Of a stretch of 64,000 nucleotides of DNA, positions 51,641 to 62,254 are shown in pieces. The notes under the pieces are model-generated. The model worked only from the letters and a program-made list of their open reading frames with translations. It was not told the origin of the DNA and searched no databases. A program made the translations under genes and the position numbers. This DNA comes from Candidatus Woesearchaeota archaeon (GTDB lineage Archaea > Nanobdellota > Nanobdellia > Woesearchaeales > JABGXB01): assembly GCA_018675975.1 (NCBI GenBank), contig JABGXB010000002.1, positions 192,098 through 256,097 on the forward strand. The letters run 5' to 3'. How positions within the stretch are numbered: position 1 is the first letter of the stretch; every line of letters begins with the position of its first letter.

Positions 51641-52021
51641 ATGTTTAATTTAAATGAATATAAAATAATTTTAATACCGATTTTAGCATCATTAATTTGT
51701 CAATTAATAAAAATAATTTTAATAATTTTAAAACAAAAAAAAATTAATTTAAAACAGGCAATGTGGGCAGTTGGAATGCCAAGTTCACATTCTGCATTTT
51801 TTACTTCATTATTAATTACTATTGGAATTGTAGAAGGAATTAATTCTGCTGTTTTTGCAGTTGCATTATTATTTTCTTTAGCATATGTTTATGATATGAT
51901 TTTAGTATTTAATGTAATTAATGATAATATAAAAGAATTGAAAAATCAATTAGGTCATTCGAGTTTAGAAGTAATTGTTGGAATTATAATTGGTATTATT
52001 ATTGCATTAATTTTAAATTAA
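51641..52021 (+). CDS. Divergent PAP2 / DUF212 (YuiD-like) membrane protein
   Basis: Signature GMPSSHSA motif. Confidence 0.7.
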   Translation: MFNLNEYKIILIPILASLICQLIKIILIILKQKKINLKQAMWAVGMPSSHSAFFTSLLITIGIVEGINSAVFAVALLFSLAYVYDMILVFNVINDNIKELKNQLGHSSLEVIVGIIIGIIIALILN

Positions 52022-52026
52022 AAAAA

Positions 52027-52506
52027 TTAATTAAAAGCAGTATCGTGTTTTCCTTCTTTTATTTCTTTAATCATCTTAATTGCTTTAAGACCATTACAAG
52101 TAACACCCATAGCGTTCATTGTACCTAGAATTTCTAATGATTTTGTTTTAATAGTAGCACCTAATAATCCATCAGCTTTCATATTTGCAACTTTTTTTAC
52201 TTGATCTATTGTAAAATCTGCAACAAAATCTGATTGTGGTACTGCCGAACCAGATTTTATTCCTGCCTCTTGTTTAATTAATTGAGATGCAGGAGGAGTA
52301 CCAATTTTAATAGTAAATTCTTTTGTATCAGTATCAACTATAACAGTAACTGGAACTTGCATTCCTTTAAAATCACTAGTTTTTTTATTAATATCTGAAA
52401 CCACTTGACCAATATTAACTTTCAAAGGACCTAATTTTGGACCTAATGGAGGAGCTGCTGTAGCTTTTCCACCTTCTATTAAAACTTCTATAGATTCTTT
52501 TGCCAT
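52027..52506 (-). CDS. rpl11: 50S ribosomal protein L11 (uL11)
   Basis: Conserved GGKATAAPPLGPKLGPLKVN N-terminal domain. Confidence 0.9.
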   Translation of the reverse strand: MAKESIEVLIEGGKATAAPPLGPKLGPLKVNIGQVVSDINKKTSDFKGMQVPVTVIVDTDTKEFTIKIGTPPASQLIKQEAGIKSGSAVPQSDFVADFTIDQVKKVANMKADGLLGATIKTKSLEILGTMNAMGVTCNGLKAIKMIKEIKEGKHDTAFN

Positions 52507-52547
52507 ACAGGCAAGAAAATTATATCTATTTATAAAATTAGCCTAAT

Positions 52548-53177
52548 TTAAAGCAAATTAGAAAGTTCATTTTCCAAATCACTTGAAAATTTTTCTGTAA
52601 ATTGTGAATATAATGAAGGCTCTGATTCAATTACTTTACATCTATACGTTTCTAATAAAGCAAGACCATTTTTTAATTCATCCATATCAAATTCTTTTTG
52701 TTTTAAATCACTACTAAATAAATTTTTATTAAATCTATTATGACCATATAATTCAAACATTTTTTTTAAATTATCAAAATTATCATCAGGGATTTGTCTA
52801 AATTTATTAAAATGTACAAATGACTCGCCATCAAATTGTAATGTACCAAATTCCACAGAATTTAATAATTTAAATGAATCTAAATAATCACTATAAGAAT
52901 CAAAATCATCATGACAAACAGAACCTAATTGTAAAGCTACATTTAAACTTTCAATTTTAGATAAGTAATCAGGATCTTTAAAATCTAATGAAAACATCGC
53001 ATTAAATAATTTTTTTCCTTTTTTTTTCAATTCCAATAAATATAAATTACTTTCTTGAGAAGAAATTAATGGTTCATAAAAATCTGGACTTAAATCACAA
53101 ATTTCATGAGATTTCCCATGAGGAAGTGATTCAACAATACTTAATTTAGTATAATTATTCATATTTATGACATACAA
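52548..53177 (-). CDS. Hypothetical protein (in the NusG/Spt5 position upstream of L11 but not Spt5-like)
   Basis: 209-aa ORF; no NGN or KOW motif. Confidence 0.45.
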   Translation of the reverse strand: MYVINMNNYTKLSIVESLPHGKSHEICDLSPDFYEPLISSQESNLYLLELKKKGKKLFNAMFSLDFKDPDYLSKIESLNVALQLGSVCHDDFDSYSDYLDSFKLLNSVEFGTLQFDGESFVHFNKFRQIPDDNFDNLKKMFELYGHNRFNKNLFSSDLKQKEFDMDELKNGLALLETYRCKVIESEPSLYSQFTEKFSSDLENELSNLL

Positions 53178-53247
53178 TATGTGTTTTTAAACTAATACAT
53201 TGTAGAATATGTAGTTCAAAGATTAACTACTGTGTTGTGGTGATTAT

Positions 53248-54720
53248 TCAATTTATTTGATTTTTATCTAAAGATCTAATTTCACTCTTAAAAAATTCTT
53301 CTAAAAATATAGAAATAGATGAAAATTTGCTTAAAAGCTCAAAATAAGGCCTATTTAGGTTTTTAACAGATTTATCTACATCTAATATAGCCAAACCTAT
53401 TTTGTTTTCATTTATAGCAATATTTTGATTATGTTGAAGTTTTAATTTAGTTTCCATATCTCTAATAAATTTACTTATTCTTAACATATCTTCACTAGCA
53501 GGAATTTTTCTATTTAATATAAAATGAAAATTATTAATTATTAAACTTGCAATTACTTTAGTAGTTTTACTTGATTTGAATATTTTGTTATAATCAGGTT
53601 CCCCTTGTCTATCATAAGCATGTTTTAATATCAATAGTAAATCTAAATAACCAGAACCTTTTGTTTCAGTTCTAAATGGAATATCAATAACTTTAACTGA
53701 TAAAGGCTTTAATTTTTCTAAAAAAATTTTATCATGATCCCTCATTGCTTCATTAAAAAGATTTTCAAACGCCACATTATTAGGCTTAGCCATATATAAT
53801 TTTTGATAATTCATTTCCATTAATTTGTAATATCTTAACATTAAATCCAAATAAATTAAAAAATATACATTTTGATCTAATCTATGTGCACGAATTAATT
53901 TTACAGCAGAAGGCATAACACTCAATGAATTCCACATTCTGCCTAAAATAGTACTTTCAACATTATAACCCTCATGTCTAATTTCAGCATGAAGTTTTTT
54001 TAAATAAATATTTATTTTTCTATCAAATTCAATTGAATCTTTAATTTTATCTAAATTATCTTTAAATAAATTTAAACCAGAATTTAAATTTTCAACTAAT
54101 TGAAAATTAATTTTTGCTCTATCTTTGATATTATTATTATTTGAATTAGAAAATTTAACTATTTGCAAATTATATTCTTCAATTAATTTAGATAAGATAT
54201 AAATTTCTTTTTCTAATTGAATCATATTTAATTCACATTTATTAAATTCGATGTTAATTTCTGTTACTATGTTATTACCACGTGCTATAATGTCTTTATT
54301 TAAATCTTTTTTAATAAAATTTTGATTAGATTCAAAACTGTTTCCAGGAGCAAAATGTTCTGTTAGAAATTCAATTTCTTCTGAATCAATTATTAATATT
54401 GCTTTTGATACGGAATCCAAAATTTCACCAATTTTATTTAATACAAAAAAAATTGAATAAATTTGTTTTGAAAAATTATTTCTTGGCGTACTAATTACTC
54501 CACGATTTTGATCTAAAACATCACCAGATAATTTACTCATTGAAAAATCCATTTTATTTTCTGAATGTAAATATCTTGAAATTTGATCAGATTGTGATCT
54601 TAAAATAACTCCTAATTTTTTTAATTCAGAATCATTTTCTTCAAAATTTTTATTAACAATATGTTGAGTTGAACTAACATCACTTGAAATTTCACTTAAA
54701 TCCATATTTATAAAATGCAT
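53248..54720 (-). CDS. Large hypothetical protein (490 aa)
   Basis: Long ORF with normal composition, no recognised motif. Confidence 0.5.
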   Translation of the reverse strand: MHFINMDLSEISSDVSSTQHIVNKNFEENDSELKKLGVILRSQSDQISRYLHSENKMDFSMSKLSGDVLDQNRGVISTPRNNFSKQIYSIFFVLNKIGEILDSVSKAILIIDSEEIEFLTEHFAPGNSFESNQNFIKKDLNKDIIARGNNIVTEINIEFNKCELNMIQLEKEIYILSKLIEEYNLQIVKFSNSNNNNIKDRAKINFQLVENLNSGLNLFKDNLDKIKDSIEFDRKINIYLKKLHAEIRHEGYNVESTILGRMWNSLSVMPSAVKLIRAHRLDQNVYFLIYLDLMLRYYKLMEMNYQKLYMAKPNNVAFENLFNEAMRDHDKIFLEKLKPLSVKVIDIPFRTETKGSGYLDLLLILKHAYDRQGEPDYNKIFKSSKTTKVIASLIINNFHFILNRKIPASEDMLRISKFIRDMETKLKLQHNQNIAINENKIGLAILDVDKSVKNLNRPYFELLSKFSSISIFLEEFFKSEIRSLDKNQIN

Positions 54721-54736
54721 AATCTGATTTATAAAA

Positions 54737-56197
54737 TTAGCTATCTAATTTTGAAATTAATGACCTCATAACATTAAAATCAAGTCCAATTTGTTCAAAT
54801 TTTGTTGCATGTTTTGAATCAGCTCTTAACATTTCTAAACTTAAATTTGAAACATACCATAAAAATGTTTTTTCTTGTTTACAAAAATCTAATTCACTAT
54901 TTAATATAAAATTAGTATAATCCTTTAAATCAAATTCAAAACCCTTATGCTCAAAATATCTTTTTGAATATTTAAAATAATTTGAAAATATAAACATTTG
55001 ATAATTATAAAAATCATTAAATTGCATTTTTCTAAAATTATCATCACTATAATGTTGCATAAATTCACTTGCACCTTGTTTATAATTTTCAATTGATAAA
55101 AATCGACCTAATGGGGATTTCATTAATTTTTCTTTTAATTTTTTTGAATCAAAATTTTCATTTATATAATCATCTAAATAATCTATAAAATTAGAATCAG
55201 AATTATCTTTACCTTGAATATTCATAATGAATTTTGATAAATCTTTATCACAACCAGATATAATATTTTCATATAACATATTTAATTCAGTTTGAGATTC
55301 AAATTTAAAAAAAGAATTTAAATAATTTTCATTATCAATAATTAAAAATCTAAGTGCATTTAAAAAAATTTCAAATCTCATCTCTTTTTCATTTAAATCG
55401 TTTGGCAAAATCCATTCAAAATTGGTTTTTGAATCAAATAAAAAATTCAATCTATAATTAATTGCAGATGCGCTATATTTGTATAATTTTTCAACTCTTG
55501 ATTTTGATAAAATTGAAAGTGAAGATAATTCATAAATTTGTTTTAAATCTCCACTAACTGAATTATTTTGATTACCTTTAAAAATTGAAAATGATTGTTC
55601 TAAATTATTTTTATCTAATACAAGTGGACGCTCATATAATTTTGAACCAGTTTCAATTGTATATCTAATTATTTTTTCTGCATAACTTTGATATGGTTTT
55701 GAAAAAAAAATATATTGATTTGAATTTTTAAGTGTAGGAGAAAAATTAATATCATATTCCCTTGAAAATAATAAACTAAAATAAATATCCATTTCTTTTT
55801 TTAATTGCTTTAATAATAATTTATTATTTTCAAAATAATCACTATTTAATTCAATATTAATATCAATATCACTTTCGCCCATAGCAATGCCGTTAATAAT
55901 TTCACATAAATCATATTCATTTTTTGATTGTTGAATAGAACCAAAAAAATAAATTGAACTAATATTGGATTTAAATTCATCTAATGAATTAGATGATATT
56001 CGTTTAATGGAAGTTACATAATCCTTAAAGTCAATAGAAGGATTTTGTGATTTAATAAAAATTAAATTATTATCTAAAGAATCACCTAAAGAAAAAAATA
56101 AGTCTAATGCTTTTTTTGTTTGCACTTCATAAAAATTACTTATATTTATTTTTTCTGATGATAAATCACTAGATAAATTAATTTGAGGAAATTCCAT
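54737..56197 (-). CDS. Large hypothetical protein (486 aa) with a possible nucleotidyltransferase-like GS...SDIDINIE segment
   Basis: YFFGSIQQSK...GESDIDINIEL loosely resembles the pol-beta-superfamily hG[GS]x(n)Dh[DE]h motif, but the spacing is atypical. Confidence 0.45.
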   Translation of the reverse strand: MEFPQINLSSDLSSEKINISNFYEVQTKKALDLFFSLGDSLDNNLIFIKSQNPSIDFKDYVTSIKRISSNSLDEFKSNISSIYFFGSIQQSKNEYDLCEIINGIAMGESDIDINIELNSDYFENNKLLLKQLKKEMDIYFSLLFSREYDINFSPTLKNSNQYIFFSKPYQSYAEKIIRYTIETGSKLYERPLVLDKNNLEQSFSIFKGNQNNSVSGDLKQIYELSSLSILSKSRVEKLYKYSASAINYRLNFLFDSKTNFEWILPNDLNEKEMRFEIFLNALRFLIIDNENYLNSFFKFESQTELNMLYENIISGCDKDLSKFIMNIQGKDNSDSNFIDYLDDYINENFDSKKLKEKLMKSPLGRFLSIENYKQGASEFMQHYSDDNFRKMQFNDFYNYQMFIFSNYFKYSKRYFEHKGFEFDLKDYTNFILNSELDFCKQEKTFLWYVSNLSLEMLRADSKHATKFEQIGLDFNVMRSLISKLDS

Positions 56198-56255
56198 TAA
56201 GTTACAAAAATAAATGTTTTTTTTAAAAATATGCTTACTGTATTATATATAAAAA

Positions 56256-57851
56256 TTAAAAATTATTTGACAAATCTGATTCATTACCTTTTAATCTATT
56301 TGCAGCAATTACATCATCAGTTCTTAAAATCATAATTGCAACTTCTGTTGCACTTTTTAATGCTTGTAATTTTACTTTTAATGGTTCTAATATGCCATGT
56401 TCTTTTGCATCAATAATTGAACCATTTTCAACATTTACACCAGGCCACGTTAAACCAGAATATAATTTACTTTTCATATCTGCAATAATATCAATTGGAT
56501 CTAAACCGGCATTTTCTGATAATATGGATGGAATAATTTCAATTGCATTTGCATATGACAATACAGCTAATTGTTCTCTCCCACTCAAAGTATTTGCATA
56601 TTTTTTTAATTCATCTGCAAGTTTAATTTCAACTGAACCAGCACCACAAACAACTTTTTTATATTTTAATGAAACAATAATATCTCTTAAAGAATCATCT
56701 AATGCCCGTTCTATTTCAGATAAAACATGTTCAGTACCACCACGAATTAAAATTGTAGATGATTTTGGATTTTTACAACCAGAAACAAAAATCATTTCAT
56801 GGTCACTTATTTTTTTTTGTTCAACAATATTTGCATAACCCAAACTAGAATTATTTATTGCGTCAATATTATTTACAATTTTTGCACCTGTTGCAAGTGA
56901 TAATTTTTCAATATCATCTTTTGTAATTCTCCTTACTGCAAAAATATTATTTTCAGATAATAAATGTTGAGCATAATCATCAATTCCTTTTTGAACAAAA
57001 ACTACATTTGCACCAGACGATATTATTTTATCCACTTTGTTTTTAATTATAGTTTCTTCTTGATTTAAAAAAGATTGAATTTGTGATGGATCAGTAATTT
57101 GAATTTTTGCATCAAATTCAATATCTTTATGTTCTAATGGACAAGACATAATTAAAATTTTAGCTTCATTAACTTTATTTGGCATTGAATGAAGTAATTT
57201 ATTTTTATCAAGTAAAATTCCATCTATTAATTGAGTATCTTCAATAGAGCCACCAACTTTTTTTTGAAATTTAATTGCATTTATATCAATATCACATTCA
57301 TCATTTTCAACTATATTTTTTACACAATTAACTAAAATTTTACTTAAATGTTCTTTTGAAAATTCTGCACCTTTCCCAGTCATTGCAGTTTGACAAATAT
57401 TAATTAATTTATCAGTATCATTTATTGAAATATCAAAACTCATTTCATTTAAAATTTGATTAGATTTTTTTTGTGCTAAATTAAATCCTTTAACTAAAAT
57501 AGTTGGATGAATTTTTTTATACAATAATTCTTCTGCATTTTTTAAAAATTCTCCTGCAAAAATTACTGCAGTTGTAGTACCATCACCAACTTCAGATTCT
57601 TGTGTTTTTGCAATTTCAACAATCATTTTGGCAGTTGGATGTTCAATTTGCATTTCTCTTAAAATTGTAACCCCATCATTAGTAACAATTATATCTCCTA
57701 ATGAATCAACTAACATTTTATCCATTCCTTTTGGACCTAATGTACTTTTAATTGTTTGTGCAACTAGTTTTGCTGCAAGAATATTATTTCTTTGTGCATC
57801 TCGTCCTTCTTTTCTTTGAGTATTTTCTGATATAATATTTTCATTAGTCAT
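56256..57851 (-). CDS. ths: Thermosome subunit (group II chaperonin)
   Basis: [13 protein letters not shown]-binding GDGTTT and the rest of the Cpn60/TCP-1 architecture; 531 aa. Confidence 0.95.
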   Translation of the reverse strand: MTNENIISENTQRKEGRDAQRNNILAAKLVAQTIKSTLGPKGMDKMLVDSLGDIIVTNDGVTILREMQIEHPTAKMIVEIAKTQESEVGDGTTTAVIFAGEFLKNAEELLYKKIHPTILVKGFNLAQKKSNQILNEMSFDISINDTDKLINICQTAMTGKGAEFSKEHLSKILVNCVKNIVENDECDIDINAIKFQKKVGGSIEDTQLIDGILLDKNKLLHSMPNKVNEAKILIMSCPLEHKDIEFDAKIQITDPSQIQSFLNQEETIIKNKVDKIISSGANVVFVQKGIDDYAQHLLSENNIFAVRRITKDDIEKLSLATGAKIVNNIDAINNSSLGYANIVEQKKISDHEMIFVSGCKNPKSSTILIRGGTEHVLSEIERALDDSLRDIIVSLKYKKVVCGAGSVEIKLADELKKYANTLSGREQLAVLSYANAIEIIPSILSENAGLDPIDIIADMKSKLYSGLTWPGVNVENGSIIDAKEHGILEPLKVKLQALKSATEVAIMILRTDDVIAANRLKGNESDLSNNF

Positions 57852-57852
57852 T

Positions 57853-58401
57853 TTACATAAAATTCCTTTCTTTTTGTAATAATTCTCTTCTTTTTTTCTC
57901 TAACCATTTATATACTGAACTATGTGGTGAACCAGTCAATAAACTCTCAACTGCTCGTCTTGCAATTGACACATTTTCAAGACGTCCTAAAATTGAAATT
58001 GTTTTACCATAAACATTAATATTGCAATCAGCTAATGATTCAATTGTAGTTCTACTTTTTCCATCCTTTCCAATAACTCTACCTTTTAATCTCATAAATT
58101 GAGAAGGTGAAGTTGAACCATAATCACTCAGATATAATATTTCTAATGAAAAATCAGGTTTTAATAGATTTAATGAAATATCTGGATTGAAACCACGGCC
58201 TATAGATTTTATTATATTTTGTGCTGTTAAAATATCTAGGGCATCATTAGAACTAATAGCCACATCCCCCTCTTTTGAGTCAATATCTAATTTAACATTT
58301 AAATTATCTTCAATTTTCTCTTTAACACTACCACCAACACCTATTAATATTGCAATCCTTGCCTTTGGAATTTTTATATCATTCCTAAATTCAAAATCCA
58401 T
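57853..58401 (-). CDS. KH-domain RNA-binding protein (aDim2/Pno1-like)
   Basis: Two KH GxxG loops (IGVGGSVKEKI, IGKDGKSRTTI); about 180 aa; directly upstream of the thermosome gene. Confidence 0.7.
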   Translation of the reverse strand: MDFEFRNDIKIPKARIAILIGVGGSVKEKIEDNLNVKLDIDSKEGDVAISSNDALDILTAQNIIKSIGRGFNPDISLNLLKPDFSLEILYLSDYGSTSPSQFMRLKGRVIGKDGKSRTTIESLADCNINVYGKTISILGRLENVSIARRAVESLLTGSPHSSVYKWLEKKRRELLQKERNFM

Positions 58402-58494
58402 ATTTCCAAAATATTTAGTTTTCTTTTAAATGTTTCGTAAGGGAAAAAAGACTGATAATTTAATAAAAATAAAAATAAATAAAAATTTAATAAT

Positions 58495-59880
58495 TTACAA
58501 ATTTTCAGAAGTAATTATTTGCACTGAATCAGTAGATTTTAATTTACTTGACATACAAACCAATTTTTTCATTCCATTTTTTTCAGCTAATTTAATCAAT
58601 TGTGCATTTACTCCACCATCAAAAATTGCTATTTCAGCACTAGAACTAAATGATTTTAATGCATTTGGAAGCTCCAAAAATGGTACTCTTTTTACTTCTT
58701 TTAAACTTTTATCTAATAATATTGCAGCTCTTGAACCAATTAAATCTTCTAAATATTTTTTAAATTTAGATTTTTGACCATCAGTTAAATCCATTTTACT
58801 TACTTCTTTTGATTTGGATGCTTGAACTGGACTAGCACTAGAACTAATAGTTTTTTTTACAGCCACCGTTTTAGTAGTTTTTTTAACATTTGTATTTGTA
58901 TTTGGTGAACTTCTACTAAATTGATTAAATGCAGTATTTTTTACAATTGGTGATCTTTGATGCACATTATTATTTCTTTGTAAAATTGGTTTTCTTTGAT
59001 TATATGAACTTCTTGGAGCTTCTTTTGTTTTTACACTCCAAGTAGAATTTCCATATTCATTTAACCATGCTTCAACTGCTAATTTTCCTCGTAAAGATTT
59101 ATGAAGTTCTTTTTTAGTCAATTCCTCAACTTCTTTACCATCACTTGCTTTTACAAGAAAATCAATATCACATAATTGAATTAAAGTTTTTATATTTAAA
59201 TCTCCACCTCTATCCCCATCACAAAAAACTGTAACTTCTTTTTGACTTGATAGTTCAATTAATGATTTTGGTACTGAAGATCCATTCATTGAAATTGCAT
59301 TTTTAAAACCATGTTTTAATAAATTAATTACATCTGCCCTACCTTCAACAATTATAATTTCATCAGAGTCTAAAACACCCGGGCCACAATCTAATTTTTC
59401 TGGTCCATAATTAGTAAGTTCCATAACCCTTACTGATTGTGCTACCTCATCAGCCAATTCTTGTGAATCTGGCATATGTGATTCTATTAAATTCTTTAAT
59501 ATATCTTTTGCCCGAGTTACAACTGCTTGTCTTTTTGTAATTCTTACATCTTCGATTTTTTGAACTTTAATTTCTGAATTACATGGACCAATTCTTTGAA
59601 TAACTTCTAAAGCAGCTCCAACTATAGCAGTTTCTGCCTTATCTAAAGAACTTGGAAGTATAATTACACCCGTTGCTTTTCCAAATTTTGATTCTAAATC
59701 TACTTCAATCCTTCCAATTTTTCCAGATCGTTGTAATTCTCTCAATTCTAAATCTGAGCCTAAAAGACCCTCTGTTTGTCCGAAAATTGCTCCAATTACA
59801 TCTGGTCTGTCCACAGAACCTTCAACTGTAATTTTTGCATGAATATTATATTTAGTTGATATTGGACTAATTTTTGCCAT
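58495..59880 (-). CDS. dnaG: Archaeal DnaG-like primase (Toprim domain)
   Basis: Archaeal DnaG N-terminus (IHAKITVEGSVDRPDVIGAIFGQTEGLL) and Toprim acidic motifs (IIVEGRADV, CDGDRGGD). Confidence 0.85.
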   Translation of the reverse strand: MAKISPISTKYNIHAKITVEGSVDRPDVIGAIFGQTEGLLGSDLELRELQRSGKIGRIEVDLESKFGKATGVIILPSSLDKAETAIVGAALEVIQRIGPCNSEIKVQKIEDVRITKRQAVVTRAKDILKNLIESHMPDSQELADEVAQSVRVMELTNYGPEKLDCGPGVLDSDEIIIVEGRADVINLLKHGFKNAISMNGSSVPKSLIELSSQKEVTVFCDGDRGGDLNIKTLIQLCDIDFLVKASDGKEVEELTKKELHKSLRGKLAVEAWLNEYGNSTWSVKTKEAPRSSYNQRKPILQRNNNVHQRSPIVKNTAFNQFSRSSPNTNTNVKKTTKTVAVKKTISSSASPVQASKSKEVSKMDLTDGQKSKFKKYLEDLIGSRAAILLDKSLKEVKRVPFLELPNALKSFSSSAEIAIFDGGVNAQLIKLAEKNGMKKLVCMSSKLKSTDSVQIITSENL

Positions 59881-60151
59881 TTTAACATCCCCACGTTTAT
59901 TTATTTTTTAATTATTTTTTTAACATTTAATACTAAACACTCAAAGAATTAGCTAAATATACAATTAATAAGCCCTTTAAAATAAATTAAGCTTTTATCA
60001 TATAATACATTATTGAATAATTGTGAATTTAATGTGTGTGTGCTAATAATATTGAATATTTGAATATGAATGTTGCCAATTCATCTAACTCCCAACTTCA
60101 TAGCTTGACTTTGTCGTGAACTCCATTGAGTACTCTCAGATCTTGGCAGAT

Positions 60152-60184
60152 ACTAAGTATCAGTTTGATTGAATCATACTTAGT
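60152..60184. ncRNA. Candidate structured RNA element: 9-bp perfect hairpin (ACTAAGTAT / ATACTTAGT, 15-nt loop) within a GC-richer non-coding island
   Basis: Inverted repeat read directly; lies in the 428-bp gap 59881-60308 and is followed by a T-rich tract. Confidence 0.2.
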
Positions 60185-60308
60185 TTATATAGTTTACGAA
60201 AACCTTATTCAGGAAAAATATGGACTTAAAATCAATAAAATTTAAATAAATTAACTGCTTAATATATTATTAGTATTTGATAATATTATTTAAAAAAGCG
60301 GGGATAAA

Positions 60309-60611
60309 ATGATAGAATTAGGTGGAAATATAAGCCTTGAAGGCTTTAAAGATGTGGATAATAGCGAAATGACAATTATAAAAAAAATTGTTGGAAATTC
60401 TACAAAAAAAATAAATGATTATTGTAAATCATTTGAAAAATTTAAAGTAGTCTTAAAAAATATACATTCTACAGAAGGAAGCAAAAAATTTGAATTAAAT
60501 GTTTCTGTTTTAAATGCAGGTCAATTAACTACAAGTCAAGTTGTTGACCGAAATTTATTTATTGGATTATCTTCAGCAATAAGAAAAATTGAAACTCAAT
60601 TAAATAAATAA
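60309..60611 (+). CDS. Possible ribosome hibernation factor-like (HPF/RaiA/YfiA-like) protein
   Basis: 100-aa ORF whose pattern (N-terminal beta strand, central helix, C-terminal ...LFIGLSSAIRKIETQLNK) resembles the YfiA fold consensus; remote. Confidence 0.3.
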   Translation: MIELGGNISLEGFKDVDNSEMTIIKKIVGNSTKKINDYCKSFEKFKVVLKNIHSTEGSKKFELNVSVLNAGQLTTSQVVDRNLFIGLSSAIRKIETQLNK

Positions 60612-60681
60612 TAATTTTTTATTTTTTTTAATAAATATTTCAACATATATATTTATAAACCAATATTGCTCAAAATAAAAT

Positions 60682-61062
60682 ATGGTGTGGGAGACTGAAG
60701 ATACTATAGATATAATATTGAGTGTTGTAATAACAGCATTAGGATTAATTCCATTATTAAATAATTATAATATTATTTCATTTGCACTTCCTGCAATATT
60801 TTCAAACACTATTCTAGTTTATGCAATTACATTAATTGCAATTTATTTAATTATAACAGGATTTAGATATTATTCAGATTCAGTAATGAAATGGCCAACA
60901 TTATTGGTTGGAGGTATTGTATTCTTATTAGGTCTTGCTAATATTTTAGGAAAATTTGATGTTTTAAATTTTGCTGGAGAAGCTAATTTTGCAATTTTTA
61001 TGAATATTATTTATACTTTAGTTGGAATATTTTTATTATTAACTGCATTTACATATAAATAA
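60682..61062 (+). CDS. Small membrane protein (four hydrophobic segments)
   Basis: 126-aa ORF. Confidence 0.4.
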   Translation: MVWETEDTIDIILSVVITALGLIPLLNNYNIISFALPAIFSNTILVYAITLIAIYLIITGFRYYSDSVMKWPTLLVGGIVFLLGLANILGKFDVLNFAGEANFAIFMNIIYTLVGIFLLLTAFTYK

Positions 61063-61066
61063 AAAT

Positions 61067-62254
61067 TCATTCATATCTTAAACATTCTACAATTTTTAAT
61101 TTAACTGCCCTTATTGCAGGAATTAATCCAGCTATCATTCCAACAATAAATGTTCCTATTATTGTATAAAATAATAATGGATAATCAAAAGTAATTGTAA
61201 GTAAATTAAATCCACCTAACTTTGCACCAAAAGAAATTAAAAATGCAAACAAGTAACCAAAAATCACTCCAATAACTCCACCTATTAAACCCATTATTCC
61301 TGAATCAATTAAAATTATTGTAAATATATTTATATTTTTTGCACCCAGTGCTTTCATTATTCCAATTTCTTTTGTTCTTTCATAAACAGATGTAAACATA
61401 GAATTCATAATACCTAATGCACCAACAAATAAACTAATGGATGCAATTGAAATTAAAATTGCTTTTATTATATCTAATATATTATTAATTTGATTCATTA
61501 TAGATTGAGCAGTATAAACTTCAAAATTCTCATCGTCACGGGTTCTTTTTAATTTTTTTATAATTGATTCCGCTAAATCATCATAAAGAATTCCTTTATT
61601 TGCTTTTACAGTTATTAAAGATACAATATTTTTTTGATCAAATTGCCTTTGTGCAGTAAGTAGTGGAATTCTAATGGAATTATCTAATATTTGTGAACCT
61701 GTTTTTTTGTAAATTCCAATTACTTTATATTTTTTACCGCCAATAATTATACTATTTTTTGAATTTATTTTTTTTTCAAAAAAATCATTTGCAACATAAT
61801 ATCCAATAATTGCAACATTATTATCTGAAGGAACTATATGCCGTCCAGAAAGCAATTTAATATTTAAATCTTCATCATCTTTTTTTATTATTTTGGGATT
61901 AACTCCAACTACGCCAATTGATTTTTCTTCTTTTGAAAATTCAATAATAGCATTATTAATTAAAAATTCTGATACATAGTCAACACCAGGTATTCTTTTA
62001 ATTTGTTCTACATCTTTTATAGTTATGTCTTCTCTACCAATAGGTGGACCTTGTAAACTTCCAGGAACTACTCTTAATTTATTCCCAGCTATTTTTAATA
62101 CTTGATCTTCAACTGCATTTTGCATACCTTGCCCTAATGCAATTAATGCTACAATAGTTAAAGTACCTAAAACAATTCCAATTATTGTAAGCCAACTCCT
62201 TACTTTTTTTTTTCTTAAATTGTTTATACTTAATTTAAAAAAATCTAAAATCAT
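61067..62254 (-). CDS. ABC transporter permease, FtsX/MacB-like
   Basis: N-terminal TM helix, large periplasmic-type domain and C-terminal FtsX 3-TM bundle. Confidence 0.8.
   Translation of the reverse strand: MILDFFKLSINNLRKKKVRSWLTIIGIVLGTLTIVALIALGQGMQNAVEDQVLKIAGNKLRVVPGSLQGPPIGREDITIKDVEQIKRIPGVDYVSEFLINNAIIEFSKEEKSIGVVGVNPKIIKKDDEDLNIKLLSGRHIVPSDNNVAIIGYYVANDFFEKKINSKNSIIIGGKKYKVIGIYKKTGSQILDNSIRIPLLTAQRQFDQKNIVSLITVKANKGILYDDLAESIIKKLKRTRDDENFEVYTAQSIMNQINNILDIIKAILISIASISLFVGALGIMNSMFTSVYERTKEIGIMKALGAKNINIFTIILIDSGIMGLIGGVIGVIFGYLFAFLISFGAKLGGFNLLTITFDYPLLFYTIIGTFIVGMIAGLIPAIRAVKLKIVECLRYE

Noticed and set aside
52548-53177. Assigning the gene upstream of L11 as NusG/Spt5 by position
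   Set aside because: No NGN or KOW (GxxVxVxxGPFxG) motif; the sequence is unrelated despite the syntenic position
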